A stretch of 64,000 bases of DNA from Octopus vulgaris (lineage: Eukaryota). The stretch covers positions 11,408,001 to 11,472,000 of the forward strand of contig OX597829.1 of the NCBI GenBank assembly GCA_951406725.2, written 5' to 3'. A program made the position numbers and the translations under genes. The notes under the pieces were generated by a model, which saw nothing but the letters and a program-made list of their open reading frames with translations, was not told where the DNA came from and searched no databases. Shown here one piece after another: positions 38,625-51,111 of the stretch. Position 1 is the first letter of the stretch, and each line of letters starts with the position of its first letter.

Positions 38625-39203
38625 CAAAATAAGAAAATGGAGGAATACACCTTAATCAATAATCAACTACCAGATAATACCCATTCACATAATTTATTAA
38701 CCAACTACATATGAACATCAAGGTCAAACATAATAGTACAGAATAAAACAGTGCACATCAATGAGTAATATGATACAATAAGTACAATACGTATAAATGA
38801 ATATAGATAAATATAAATATAAACTATATCTTACAGCTGTTTCAGCCATGTATATATGAGTATCTCATTATGCTCATATTAGCCAGGTGTGATAAGTTAA
38901 TATGTGGTTATAAATGAGACACTTACATATACAATCCAAATATGAATATAAGAGAATGTACACCTATACAAGAATGAGTACATATACATAATATATAATA
39001 TACACATACATATAAGTGTATATACACATGCACCTATATATATATATAAGTATATACATAATAATATATGATAATATACATACATATAAGGTTACAGTTA
39101 GTCAAATCAATATATTAGAATATACAAACATACATATATCCACATGAAAATGTACATATACAAAGTCAAGAGTTCATTGTATTAAGTTACAAAATGCCAT
39201 TAA

Positions 39204-39276
<73 letters not shown>

Positions 39277-39694
39277 AACAATACCAGTAAAAGAATATGT
39301 GCATCACGCCATTCACAATACATATTAGATGGAAAATATCCCATAGAATACATCAACAGCATAATATAGTGATATAATAACAACATGATAATAATACAAT
39401 ACAATAGATCAACATTATAGATCAACAAACACATATAAAATGAAAAATGTTGATTTACATCATAGAAAAATCCAGAAGTGTACATGCGTATAAACGCATA
39501 GATATTTATTAGCAGGTTTGCAAATAATTTAAGATTGAAAGCTCAATACGATTGGCTGGCACATTTAAATTTCAATTGTCTTAGTTACGGTTGGTTTATT
39601 AAGATACTTACATACATACACATGTATGTACACATAGATAAACCATAGTACAGAAAATACAAGCTTACATACATAACTACATACGTATATATCC

Positions 39695-39787
<93 letters not shown>

Positions 39788-40473
39788 CATATACCCAAAA
39801 GCAACCACGCACACATATATGTATATATATACATACACATACATACTGTTAACTAAAATAATATTAAGAAGCATTAAAATTAAGATAATACTAATTGTTA
39901 ATACAACGAAAGGGGTTGGAATGTACAAAAAAGAGGGTAGAAAAACGTAAGGGTTAATAAAAGGCAAAGGTTGGAAAATATTCAGATAAAATTCATAAGA
40001 AGGATATAAACTCAACACACAGATTTACCATAACTAGTGTAAAGAAGACGTACGTTATTTGCATAAGATACATAATTAAAAATTACACCGATTATACCGT
40101 AAACAACCAGAAAACTACGAAACCGTCCAGATAACAACACCTACAAGTATGAGCTTACTCAAACCACAATTCTGTACAAACCCCAACCCAGCATACCACA
40201 TATCCATATACAAAACCAACATAAAGCTACCAAATAAAAGACCGGAGTTATTTACCACCACAACCATATACCCCCAAACACGAAACACAACCCATCAGAA
40301 TTTACATCTATAACTATCGGTGTATACATGCTGATTTTTATTATTATTTTAGGTATACACCGACAATAACATATATACGAAATGTAATAGCCTTGAAATG
40401 TTATAATACATTTCATACATTATTCTTTCTTTTTGCGATGATGTTTTCCATATGCTTTCTTAAATGAAATTGC

Positions 40474-40560
40474 ACTTCTGACGAAGTTACATATATAGGG
40501 TGATACGCAAGCACTCGTGTATGAGTGCATTACATCGGATAACAGAAACAATTATAAGAT
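40474..40560 (+). ncRNA. Degenerate hammerhead-like motif with long stem II
   Basis: CTGACGA-A-GTTA[..GCACTC/GAGTGC hairpin..]TAAC-A-GAAA-CAATTA-TA. Stem I is weak. Confidence 0.3.
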
Positions 40561-40679
40561 AATGAAGTTCTTACATAATTTCTCGTTCGCTTCTCATTTA
40601 TATAATCTCTTGTATGTATGTGAATATATACATGCATACACACACACTATATATATCCTTGGATCTTGCCATCTCACAC

Positions 40680-40737
<58 letters not shown>

Positions 40738-40741
<4 letters not shown>

Positions 40742-41557
40742 TACTAGCCATCTTAATATGGCTAACCACTAGGGGTGGGGAGTGTTACTATAGCTTTTTA
40801 GCCCCAGGAGATCATCGTCTCCAGCTGGCTTTAGACACAATTCTGTGCCCTTTAATGATATTCGCAAAGGGAGGTCATCCCCTCTCGAAAATCTAAGTGA
40901 TACGCATGGACTGCAGTTTCGAGATTATTGTCTCTTGTCAACACACGCTAATCACGGGTTTTCGATAAGAGAGACCTGTTTGCGAATATCTATTTAATGT
41001 TTTTCCAGTAACCATTGTCACTGATTTCGAAAAACGGTCTGAAAGCAATAATAAATCTCTGAGCGAGATGTAAACAGTAAGCGCTCGACACGTAAAGTAT
41101 ACTAGCCATCTTAATATGGCTAGCCACTAGGGGTGGGGAGTGTTACTATAGCTTTTTAGCCCCAGGAGATCATCGTCTCCAGCTGGCTTTACACACAATC
41201 CTGTGCCCTTTAATGATATTCGCAAAGGGAGGTCATCCCCTCTCGAAAACCTAAGTGATACGCATGGACTCTCTTATCGAAAACACGTGATTAGCGTGTG
41301 TTGACAAGAGACAATAATCTCGAAACTGCAGTCCATGCGTATCACTTAGGTTTTCGAGAGGGGATGACGTCCCTTTGCGAATATCATTAAAGAGCACAGG
41401 ATTGTGTCTAAAGCCAGCTGGAGACGATGATCTCCTGGGGCTAAAAAGCTACAGTAGCACCCCCACCCCTAGTGGTTAGCCATATTAAGATGGCTAGTAT
41501 ACTTTACGTTGTCGAGCGCTTACTGTTTACATCTCGCTCAGAGATTTATTATTGCTT
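40738..41557. repeat. 358-bp unit as about 1.5 tandem copies plus an inverted copy, flanked by (TA)n
   Basis: AGTATACTAGCC starts at both 40738 and 41096. 41271-41557 is the reverse complement of unit sequence. Confidence 0.88.
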
Positions 41558-41643
41558 ATATATATAGATATATAAACTTAGATAAACTTAGATATGTTTC
41601 GACCAAAGATTGGTCCAGGCAATGTCTAACTTAATAGCACCAC

Positions 41644-41696
<53 letters not shown>

Positions 41697-41699
<3 letters not shown>

Positions 41700-42030
41700 A
41701 GAGGTACTTGAATAGCAAGTGATTTGATCAGAGATCGTGTGCTGAAACGAAAACAATTGCAGCGTGGAAGGTGTTTGTAAGCCATTTAAGAAACACACAA
41801 AAGCCGTTCGATTCACTTCAACATTTAAATTTAATTTGTCAAAATATTTTCGTCGCTTTAAGACCGCGACCTGTTCATTGACAAAAATCCGTGCTGCATC
41901 ACGGAATTTTGTCAGTGAACAGGTCACGGTCTTAAAGCGACGAAAATATTTTGACAAATTAAACTTAAATGTTGAAGTGAATCGAACGGCTTTTGTGTGT
42001 TTCTTAAATGGCTTACAAACACCTTCCACG
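41697..42030. mobile_element. Head-to-head inverted pair of a roughly 205-bp hammerhead-bearing repeat (single copy at 45600-45805)
   Basis: 41763-42030 forms a long inverted repeat. 41697-41900 is the reverse complement of 45600-45803. Flanked by (TA)n. Confidence 0.85.
41908..41958 (+). ncRNA. Hammerhead motif with G3-C8 swapped core (sisters at 41835-41885(-) and 45614-45664)
   Basis: TTTGTCA-GTGAACA-G-GTC(G/A)C(GGTCTTAAA)GCGAC-GAAA-ATAT-TT-TGACAAA. Confidence 0.65.
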
Positions 42031-42035
42031 TGTTA

Positions 42036-42078
<43 letters not shown>

Positions 42079-42079
42079 T

Positions 42080-42778
42080 AGTTGAATAAAGTTAAAATAT
42101 AATCTGCTTTTCACGTTTTTTTTATTTTTTAAAAATTAGCACTTTCATACATAGAGTAATCATCAGATTTCAAATATGTTTAAATGACAGTTGAATTCTT
42201 GACACCTTTAGTACCTCTTAGAACGCTCCAACCAGCTGAATTTTTAGAATACCTTTTTGATCAATCCACATGCTCGTAAACATCACAGTTTGCCAGGCGA
42301 ACCGATATTCTGTAATTTGTTTTTATCTATTAATTCACATCATTAACTGGCTGTTATATTATTGCTGTTATTTCAGTTCAGAACAGGTTTGAACATTTTA
42401 GTAAACCGTTTTTCTTTTATCTTTCTTCCAGCCTCGCTTGTGTCTTGTAGTTTGTGGAAAGGAAAAATTAGAAACATTTTCTGACCACATGTCTCTACAT
42501 GGAATTTGGCGAGCATTGGGTGTTTCGGACTTCTTGTCTGTGGACTCGTGAGCGTTCTGATAATGAATTCCCTGTCTCGCTTATTTATAATTCCTCGCAA
42601 TTTAGGCATTTAATGCAGTAGATAAAATTTCTGTTTTTACAGTTCATGTCTGCCTTTGCGACAATCTGTCCAATTTTTGTTATAATGAATCTACGAATAT
42701 GGATGTATGAATATGTATTGACACGTCCCAGATCTGTTATCATTACACTTAGATACTGTGAATGTGTTATCCTGTTAC
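42080..42778 (-). pseudogene. PLE GIY-YIG remnant with 3' UTR
   Basis: MNCKNRNFIYCIKCLNCEEL*ISETG.SL.ER.RVHRQ and HVETCGQKMFLIFPFHK...RKIKEKRF...FKPVLN. Confidence 0.8.
42132..42171 (-). ncRNA. Minimal hammerhead motif downstream of a PLE remnant
   Basis: Minus strand: GAAAT-CTGATGA-TTAC(TCTAT)GTAT-GAAA-GTGC-TA-ATTTT. Confidence 0.6.
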
Positions 42779-42881
<103 letters not shown>

Positions 42882-43468
42882 TCTTTCTTTATTAGCCACA
42901 CAGTGAGAGAGTCCGGAAGTGAACACTATTAAATTTACATCTAATATAGGATAACATTTTTCGAAAAAAATTCTATCAATGGCCAGCATATTAAAAAATA
43001 CCGTTAAAGGTTAAATTTATAAACAAGGGCAAAAGAAAAAAAATTCTAATGCCAAATATGCCGAAAATAGACACTTCGTCAATAACCATATAATCAATCA
43101 CTATAAGTACGTGTCTCGATGAAAGCCGACAGAAATTTCTAAAAAAATTCCGTTATTACAATGTCGGATCGATTTCAGAGTTAATTCATAAGAACCTTCT
43201 CTTCATCAGTGATAAATGCGGCAAAGAAATAAATGAAATACTTACTTATACCCATGGAAGAAGCAAACACTAAGTCATGAGCACAATTAAGTACCCCAAA
43301 TACATCCAAAATAGAAATTCTCCAGCACACCTCGAGACACGTGCGATTCGAACTGAAAAGTCTCACAGAGTGAGAGAGTCCTGAAGTGAACACTTGTTTA
43401 TAAGTTGTCTATGAATTTAACATTTAAAGGTATTTTTTAATATAATTTAATAATTTTTTAATTTTATC

Positions 43469-43525
<57 letters not shown>

Positions 43526-44643
43526 AGGAATACAAAAAATAGGACAAAAACGCAAAACATCCAGACAGATGATATAAAAAAGGGACAAGAAAAAACAAGG
43601 ACGGGTCATTCGGAGTTTCCTTTCCTCAATCAAGTTCCAGATTATCTTTGAAATTTCGGCTGGTTATACTGAAGGTTGCTCCAATCTGGCCAGCATCAAG
43701 GAAAAACTAAGCTAAGAGCATCAGCTTCCTTGGAAGAAAGCAGCGAAAGTATACAAAAACAAGGACGGAAAAAATGGAAAAATCTTACACAAATACAAAT
43801 GCAATTAACAGGACATCAACAACAGGTGTCTTTCGACTAAGGACGAATTAAATAAAGTTGGCATGTGTGAAAGTGAAGCCTTATGGCAGGGACATAAGAG
43901 ATGACAGGCATGGGGAGGAATACAGATGTTGCACGGATGGTTGTCGAACCAAGAAAAAAGGTCAAGCTTGGCTGAGGACGAAGACGGGGGTGTAAACAAC
44001 AAACAGATGTGTTAGTTTAACGCTCGGGAAGTGAGAAAGTCTTTTACGTTTCGAGCCTGAACGTGTCTGTATGTGTGTTTAAATGTGTTAGTCTCGCTTC
44101 ACAACCCGCCATCGCTTCACAACTGGGTTTTTTTATTGCGTTGCCGTAACTTAGCGGTTCGACTAAACCGTTCAAGTTGGTGCCGTCACAGCACGACTGA
44201 AAGAAATAAAAGAGAAAGATCCAAAATATCCTTCTAGTTTTTGTTTTGTTTTTATTTATTTATTTATTTTGTTTATTTATAGTAGAGGAGATTTGACAGC
44301 TATTTCCTTACTTTTTTAAATAACTGATTCAGAACAACAACGTGGGCAAAGGAGAGAAAGGGACAGGACAAATAAGTCAGCAATAAATAAAAATAAGATG
44401 GAATGTCTGAAGAATAATTTTAGTATGGTTTAGTAATTAGGAATGAATTACTGGAATAGGGGTGAAAAATGGATGGGGACAACTTAAGCCCCAGATTGCA
44501 ATAGCCAAACTAATCCAGCTGGTGCCTTAGTTATTATAGCCTGTAGCTTGAAATATTTCAGAGATAATATCTTTTAAGAAAATAAACATACAAATAAGTA
44601 CATGATGAATAATTTCATACACAGGCGCAAGATCAGAGAATAA

Positions 44644-44667
44644 TGACAACAACGATAATAGTGATGA

Positions 44668-44701
<34 letters not shown>

Positions 44702-44805
44702 GGTGGTGGTGGTGGTGGTGGTGGTGGTGGTGGTGGTGGTGGTGGAGGTGGTGATGATGATGGTGGTGGTGGTGGTGGTGGTGATGGTGGTGGTGATGAT
44801 GATGG

Positions 44806-44854
<49 letters not shown>

Positions 44855-44922
44855 AATGATGATGATGATAATGATGATGATGGTGATGATGATGGCGGTA
44901 GTTGTGGTGGTGGTGGTGATGA
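44644..44922 (+). repeat. Compound (GAT)n/(GGT)n microsatellite
   Basis: Direct reading. Confidence 0.95.
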
Positions 44923-45330
44923 TTTCTTTTATTGGTTCCACTGGTCAAAAACATTTAGTACGGTACAAAGCTGTTTTGCAGAAGAAAGCAACAAAAAAAA
45001 TATTAAGTTAAAGAGTTCGATAAAAAAATAAAATAAAGACGCATTAATAAATTTTAGGGAAGGGGACTAGTCGATTACACCGACTCCAGTGTATCATTGG
45101 TACTTAAATTTATCGACCCCAAAGGATGAAAGGCAAAGTCGACCGCGGCGGAATTTGAACTCTGAATGTAGCGACGGGCGAAATACCGCTAAGTCCAGTG
45201 TGCTCACGATTCTGCCAGCTCGCCGCCTTAATAATAGTAAGAAGAAGAAGAAGAAGAAGGAAGAAGAAGAAGAAGAAGAAGAAGAAGAAGAAGAAGAAGA
45301 AGAAGAAGAAGAAGAAGAAGAAGAAAAACT

Positions 45331-45448
45331 TAAAGCTATAAACCCGTAGTGATGGATAGATGTAGACTGACCACTCATCACATAATTTGATATTGTTGTG
45401 ATGAGTGGTCAGTCTACATCTATCCATCACTACGGGTTTATAGCTTTA
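45331..45448. repeat. Perfect 52-bp inverted repeat with 14-nt spacer
   Basis: 45331-45382 is the exact reverse complement of 45397-45448. Confidence 0.92.
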
Positions 45449-45801
45449 CGTTTATAGTGTCTGTGTGCGTGCATATACACACATACATACATACACACAT
45501 ACATACACACAGGCGTACGTACGTACATACACGCATACATACATACATACACACATACATACGTACATATATATAACGAACTAACTGTTACTTTCTTAGA
45601 TGCAGCACGAAGTTTTGTGAGTGAAGAGGTCGCGGTCTGAAAGCGACGAAAATATTTTGACAAATTAAATTTAGATGTTGAAGTGAATCGAACGGCTTTT
45701 ATGTGTTTCTTAAATGGCTTACAAACACCTTCCACGCTGCAATTGTTTTCGTTTCAGAACACGATCTCAGATCAAATCACTTGCTATGCAAGTACATCTC
45801 C

Positions 45802-45844
<43 letters not shown>

Positions 45845-45851
<7 letters not shown>

Positions 45852-47820
45852 CTGAGAATGTGTGTCTATCTGTCTGTGTGTTTCCCTAAAACTTGAGAAC
45901 TGTACAACCAATTTCATTCAAATTTTACACATGCCTTATTTAGGGTCCGGGGAGTGTCATCGGCAAAGAATTTTTTTACTTTTTGCCTAGGGCGAACCCA
46001 CAGCAATATCATATCTTCTCCACTACGATTCCCTAAAACTTGAGAACTACGCAACCAATTTCATTCAAATTTTACACATGCCTTACTTAGGGTCCATGTA
46101 GTTTCATGGGCAAAAAAAATGTTCAACTTCTTGCCTAGAGCGAGACCATAGCAATATCATATCTTCTCCACTATTTCAATATTACGTGTTAAAAGTGAAA
46201 CAAAAACATCTCTCTATTGTATGTATATTGATGTATATATATATATATATATATATTACAAAATATAAAGTTATATCTTGAGATCGTTAGTGACAACAAC
46301 GCTCAAAATATATAACAGACTGGAATAGTAGTGCTCAAATGAGCTGTATACACTTTTTAATCCGAGGGGAGGTAATGCGAGCAGCAACTACAAGAGCACT
46401 ACAAAATCCACAGAAAGATCAAACACATACATATATTCATATATTCATTTATATCTACAGAACAGACATAAAGCCCGACGTTTAGAAATATATAGTAATA
46501 TATAAATATATAAACATCATATAAAAATATATTGTACGCATAAGATCCCCTCGACGTTCCATAAGAAATTTAGAAATGAAAATTGCAATATAAGTTAGAG
46601 GTAATAATAACAATTGAATTATATATAGTAAATATAGTAAGTAGTAATTAAATATATTTTATTTTATTAAAATGGTAATTAAATCGTAATATAACAATTA
46701 AAAGAAAAAATAGCAATTAGTATAAAATGTATCAAGGACTTGAACTCGAATATGTGGCTTTGCATGAATGGGAGAAATTAAAAGATGAAAAATTTAATTG
46801 AATGAAGAAGTGAATTAGTCCAGTTACTATAGCTGCTAGATTGAATTATATGCTTATAAAGTAGCATTCAGTATCTATGAGAATTTTGGGGAGTACGTAA
46901 TGTCTGGTCTTTCGCATGTAGCAGGTATGTAATTGTGCATTTGTTTCCGTGTACTATGTGTTGTGTGTTATTGTGCTTCTTATTTGAACCTGTGAGTTGC
47001 TGTTTAATTGTTGATTGTTAATTTTTATTGTTAAACGTTATTGTTACACGGCTTTTTGGTTTTTTGTCTGTCTGTGTTGAGACAGACAAGGAAGAAGTGG
47101 GCTGCCCCTCCCTAAGGGAGAGATAGCCAGAAGTATGTACGAAAGTGTGACGGATTTATCGACTTCTGAAGAAGAACTTGAAAAGGCGATAAAGAAAATG
47201 GACAAGCAATTAGGCAACACATACGCAGGAGCGACAAGAACGGAGGAAAGAGAAATAGGCTTGGCCAAGTTGCCAAGATACCAGGCATTTATTAAAAAGG
47301 TCGGCGGTGAAGTGGAGTATAAAGTGTTTAGATTTGAAATAGATGACGAGATAATAACGGAAATGGAAAAGAGATTTGCAATGAAAATAGAGCACAATGT
47401 GTATTACATTCAGGATATAGCATGAAGGACAGGTAAGTGATGCTAGCGGATGGGGCCGTTAGCATCACTTTCATTTATCATTTTCATATTTCATTTTCCA
47501 TATTTATGTAATTGTGATGTTTTATGTCCCCAATGTTTGTATTGTCCCCTCTGTGTAGCCCTTTATGGGTAATAAAGAAACGATGTATTGTGTGTAAAAC
47601 AAACATCCTGACGAGGGGAGTGTCAATTTTAAATATATGATATATTTCATATTAATTAGTGCATCTCCGGTGAACTTTTATGTATTTTTTGTAAATTTCT
47701 TGGAATTTTAATTCGTCTTTTTAATATGTCATTGTATGTTTTATTACCCCAAATTTTTAATTTAACAAATTTATACCAAACTAGCACTATGACCCGGCAA
47801 CGCCGGGTCATAATGCTAGT
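45845..47820 (+). mobile_element. Non-autonomous Helitron-like element with an internal 147-bp duplication and nested insertions
   Basis: The 5' end lies in (TA)n with TGTGTGTCTATCTGTCTGTG. The 3' end has hairpin TGACCCGGC-AAC-GCCGGGTCA followed by CTAGT at 47816-47820. Confidence 0.55.
46900..47582 (+). mobile_element. Short ORF-bearing non-autonomous retroposon (96-aa ORF 47135-47425, hairpin, shared 3' tail)
   Basis: The ORF is followed by hairpin AAGTGATGCTAGCGG/CCGTTAGCATCACTT (47435-47470), a T-rich tract and TGTCCCCTCTGTGTAGCCCTTTATGGGTAATAAAGAAA. Confidence 0.55.
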
Positions 47821-47879
47821 ATACAGATAAAGGGTGAAATATAATTAATTTAATAAAATCAACGAATTTCACCAAGTAG

Positions 47880-47930
<51 letters not shown>

Positions 47931-47979
47931 GCGATTTTTTTCCTCCGTCTTCTCTTCTCTAGATCTTTTCTTTTCTTAT

Positions 47980-48015
47980 GTTTCTGACGAAGAGCTCTGC
48001 TCGAAACGTAAAAAC
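47980..48015 (+). ncRNA. Minimal hammerhead ribozyme motif, canonical core
   Basis: GTTT-CTGACGA-A-GAGC(TCT)GCTC-GAAA-CG-TA-AAAAC within a short repeat between (TA)n tracts. Confidence 0.68.
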
Positions 48016-48167
48016 CTCCTTCTTCCCTTCCTTCTTGAGCGTCTAATAATACTATACTGTTCCACGTTCTCGCGTTATTGTGTTTTCTCTTTGTGTTTTC
48101 ATGTTTGGATTAATATATATATATATATATATATATATAATACATATATATATATATATATATATAT

Positions 48168-48334
<167 letters not shown>

Positions 48335-49674
48335 TCACACACACACACACAAAATACCACAAGAATATGTACTACATATCTACCGACACATTCGCATACA
48401 ATCATATCACAATCATACACATACATGCATACACACATATACATATACACATGCACACGCATACATACACATATACACACAACATACATACATACAGAAA
48501 CAAGTTACAATTAACAACAGTTAAACAATGTTTATTTGGATATTTTTCTCATTGTAAACATTTTCTTCTACAATCATGCAAGCCTAACTTACCCTAGATC
48601 CGTAATATGTTTTTTCTTCTTCTTTTACGTAAAAGAAATATCTTTTACCCAGCAACTTAACGTTATTCAGTCCGTATTATATAATATATTTCTCATCACG
48701 TGAAAGTTTTCTCTTAAAATTATGGCTGACCTTGATAATAACAACACCAATGTCTATAGTATTACCAAATCTGCGAATTTTTTAAAGGCGGCGTACGTAT
48801 GCCAAAAATTTCGTTTGGTCTTACCATTTAAATAAAGATCTTTCTTCCAAAAAGTCAGAGAAATCGTTCTTACTGGTTATATGAAATGGATAAAGAATTG
48901 CTGGAACGATATTCACTTCAACTTAAGCTACTCCTCGCCAACTAAATAGAGGCAACAGGCATCTTTCGTTTACCAAAAAAAAAATGGCTGTCACAGATAA
49001 CGACTGTTATTCCAACTCGTGTAATGTCGGTCGACTTTGTAAAGATACCTAAAATGAGGCAAAAGTTGTCGTAGAAGAGAGCGATTAAAATGTAAACAAA
49101 CTACCGACATCGCCGCCACAGTCACCACTACTACCATCATTCAACGCATAGATATCGCTACAGAAAACCGATTCGAAAGAGATTACTGTAGATACACAGC
49201 TTAAAAAACAATTTAAAAAGTGCTGCTTGCGAAGAATTTCTCGAAACTAGCTTCAGAGAACTTGACTGTTTTTGACAAAACCGATCATGATAAAAGTTAA
49301 CCCTCTCGTAATAAATGTTAACCTTCTCATGATAAAAGTTATCGTCGATATTTTGCTAGAAATAATACGAGCAATCAATTCATGTCTGTAGACAACAGCT
49401 GTCACTTTGAAACAACATGTAGTTGGTACCTGCAGAGCATATAGTGAAGGAATTACTCAAAGCGCACCAAACTTGAAGGAAATATTGACATTTATATACC
49501 GTCATAAGGTGTAAAGTAAACAATAAGTTCACACCTCATTAATTATGTCTAATGAAAAACAAATTAATTCAAGTGATTAAGCGTCAAACTTTTGAAGGAA
49601 AAATTAATAAACTTTAAAACAGGAAACCAAACTGATGAGCCAGAAACACCGTTACAACTATATAAATATACAAC

Positions 49675-50360
49675 TTATAAACAAGGGCTAAAGAAAATTA
49701 TTTCTATGCCAATATGCTGATAACAGACTTTTAAATCGTCAATTTCCACATATTATTTACTCGCTACAGAAAACACGTAGAGCTGAAATCGAGGAAAGCT
49801 GGCCAACAGAATTTTTTTAAAAGTTCGTTATTTCTATATTGAATCAATTTCGGAATTAATCTCATAATAGACTTTTTCTCCTCAGTAGAAAATACGAAAA
49901 GACATAAATGAAATACTTACAAGCGCCCATGGGACATGGGAAAAAGCCGAAGCAAAAATCATGAGTACATATAAGTACCCCAGATATATCTAAATATAAA
50001 ATCCTTTGGTCAACCTCAGCACACGTGTGAACTGTTCCCCACTACAGCTTACAGTGGTTACCAGTCCCTATAGGAAGTCTACTACTAATATAGGATGAAG
50101 CTTTTTTACAGAAAATAATTTCATCAGAAAATGTGGCAGCATATTAAAATACCTTTAAGGTTAAAATTATTAACAAGAGCTAAAGAAAATTATTTCTATG
50201 CCAATATGCTGATAACAGGCTTTTAAATCGTCTATTTCCACATATTGTTTACTCGCTACAGAAAACACGTAGAGCTGAAATCGAGGAAAGCCAGCCAATA
50301 GAATTTTTTCTTTAAAGTTCGTTATTTCTATATTGAATCAATTTCGGAATTAATCTCATA
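49675..50360 (+). repeat. About 490-bp unit in partial tandem; homologous to 42901-43395
   Basis: 49675-49866 is repeated at 50167-50360. Blocks AAACAAGGGC.AAAGAAAA and AAATGAAATACTTAC...AAGTACCCCA are shared with 43010-43340. Confidence 0.75.
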
Positions 50361-50379
50361 ATATATTCTTTCCCCTTCA

Positions 50380-50436
<57 letters not shown>

Positions 50437-50441
<5 letters not shown>

Positions 50442-50664
50442 GAAAAGGGTGGACGTTGTCTCACAGGCAGTTGTACAGGCAAAAGTGTTAGTAAATGTGG
50501 TCGGATTGACCTGAAAATTTGCACACCTATGTTAAAAGTGCTGGGGAATTTTCATGGCAACTTTGAGTTTGCTCAATTGAAAGACGTGACCTCTAGGGCA
50601 AAAATTCCTCATCTTTAAAATGTGACCCGAGTAGACCCGAATGAAATCGGGTTATAATACTAGT
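50437..50664 (+). mobile_element. Short non-autonomous Helitron-like element
   Basis: 3' hairpin ACCCGA-ATGAAA-TCGGGT followed by ACTAGT. (TA)n flanks. Confidence 0.5.
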
Positions 50665-51111
50665 ATATATATATGACATGATGGCACTCCGTCAGTTACG
50701 AAGACGAGTGTTCCAGTTGATCCGATCAACGGAACAGCCTACTCGTGAAATTAACGTGTAAGTGGCTGAGCACTCCACAGACACGTGTACCCTTAATGTA
50801 GTTCTCGGGAAGATTCAGCGTGACACAGAGTGTGACAAGGCTGGCCCTTTGAAATACAGGTACAACAGAAACAGGAAGAAAGAGTGAGAGAAAGTTGTGG
50901 TGAAAGAGTAAAGTAGCGTTCACCACCACTCACTGCCAGAGCCTTGTGGAGCTTTAGGTATTTTCGCTCAATAAACACTCACAACGCCCGGTCTGGGAAC
51001 ACACACACACATACGTACGTACACACACACACCCACATACACACACACATACATATATATATATTATATATACTTCACTGAACATCATGTACTTCAAATG
51101 TTTCTCCTCAG

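Noticed and set aside
38822-38850. Minus-strand GAAA-CAGCTG-TA half hammerhead
   Set aside because: No matching CTGANGA half found nearby.
41631-42078. Mirror ORFs MEGVCKPFKKH on both strands
   Set aside because: A by-product of the inverted non-coding repeat.
44574-45011. Poly-His, poly-Met and poly-Val ORFs
   Set aside because: Trinucleotide microsatellite translations.
47606-47680. CTGACGA-GGGGAG...CTCC possible long-loop hammerhead
   Set aside because: The GAAA and stems I and III are missing.
49626-49660. CTGATGA-GCCA-GAAAC hammerhead-like core
   Set aside because: No stem I or stem II pairing.
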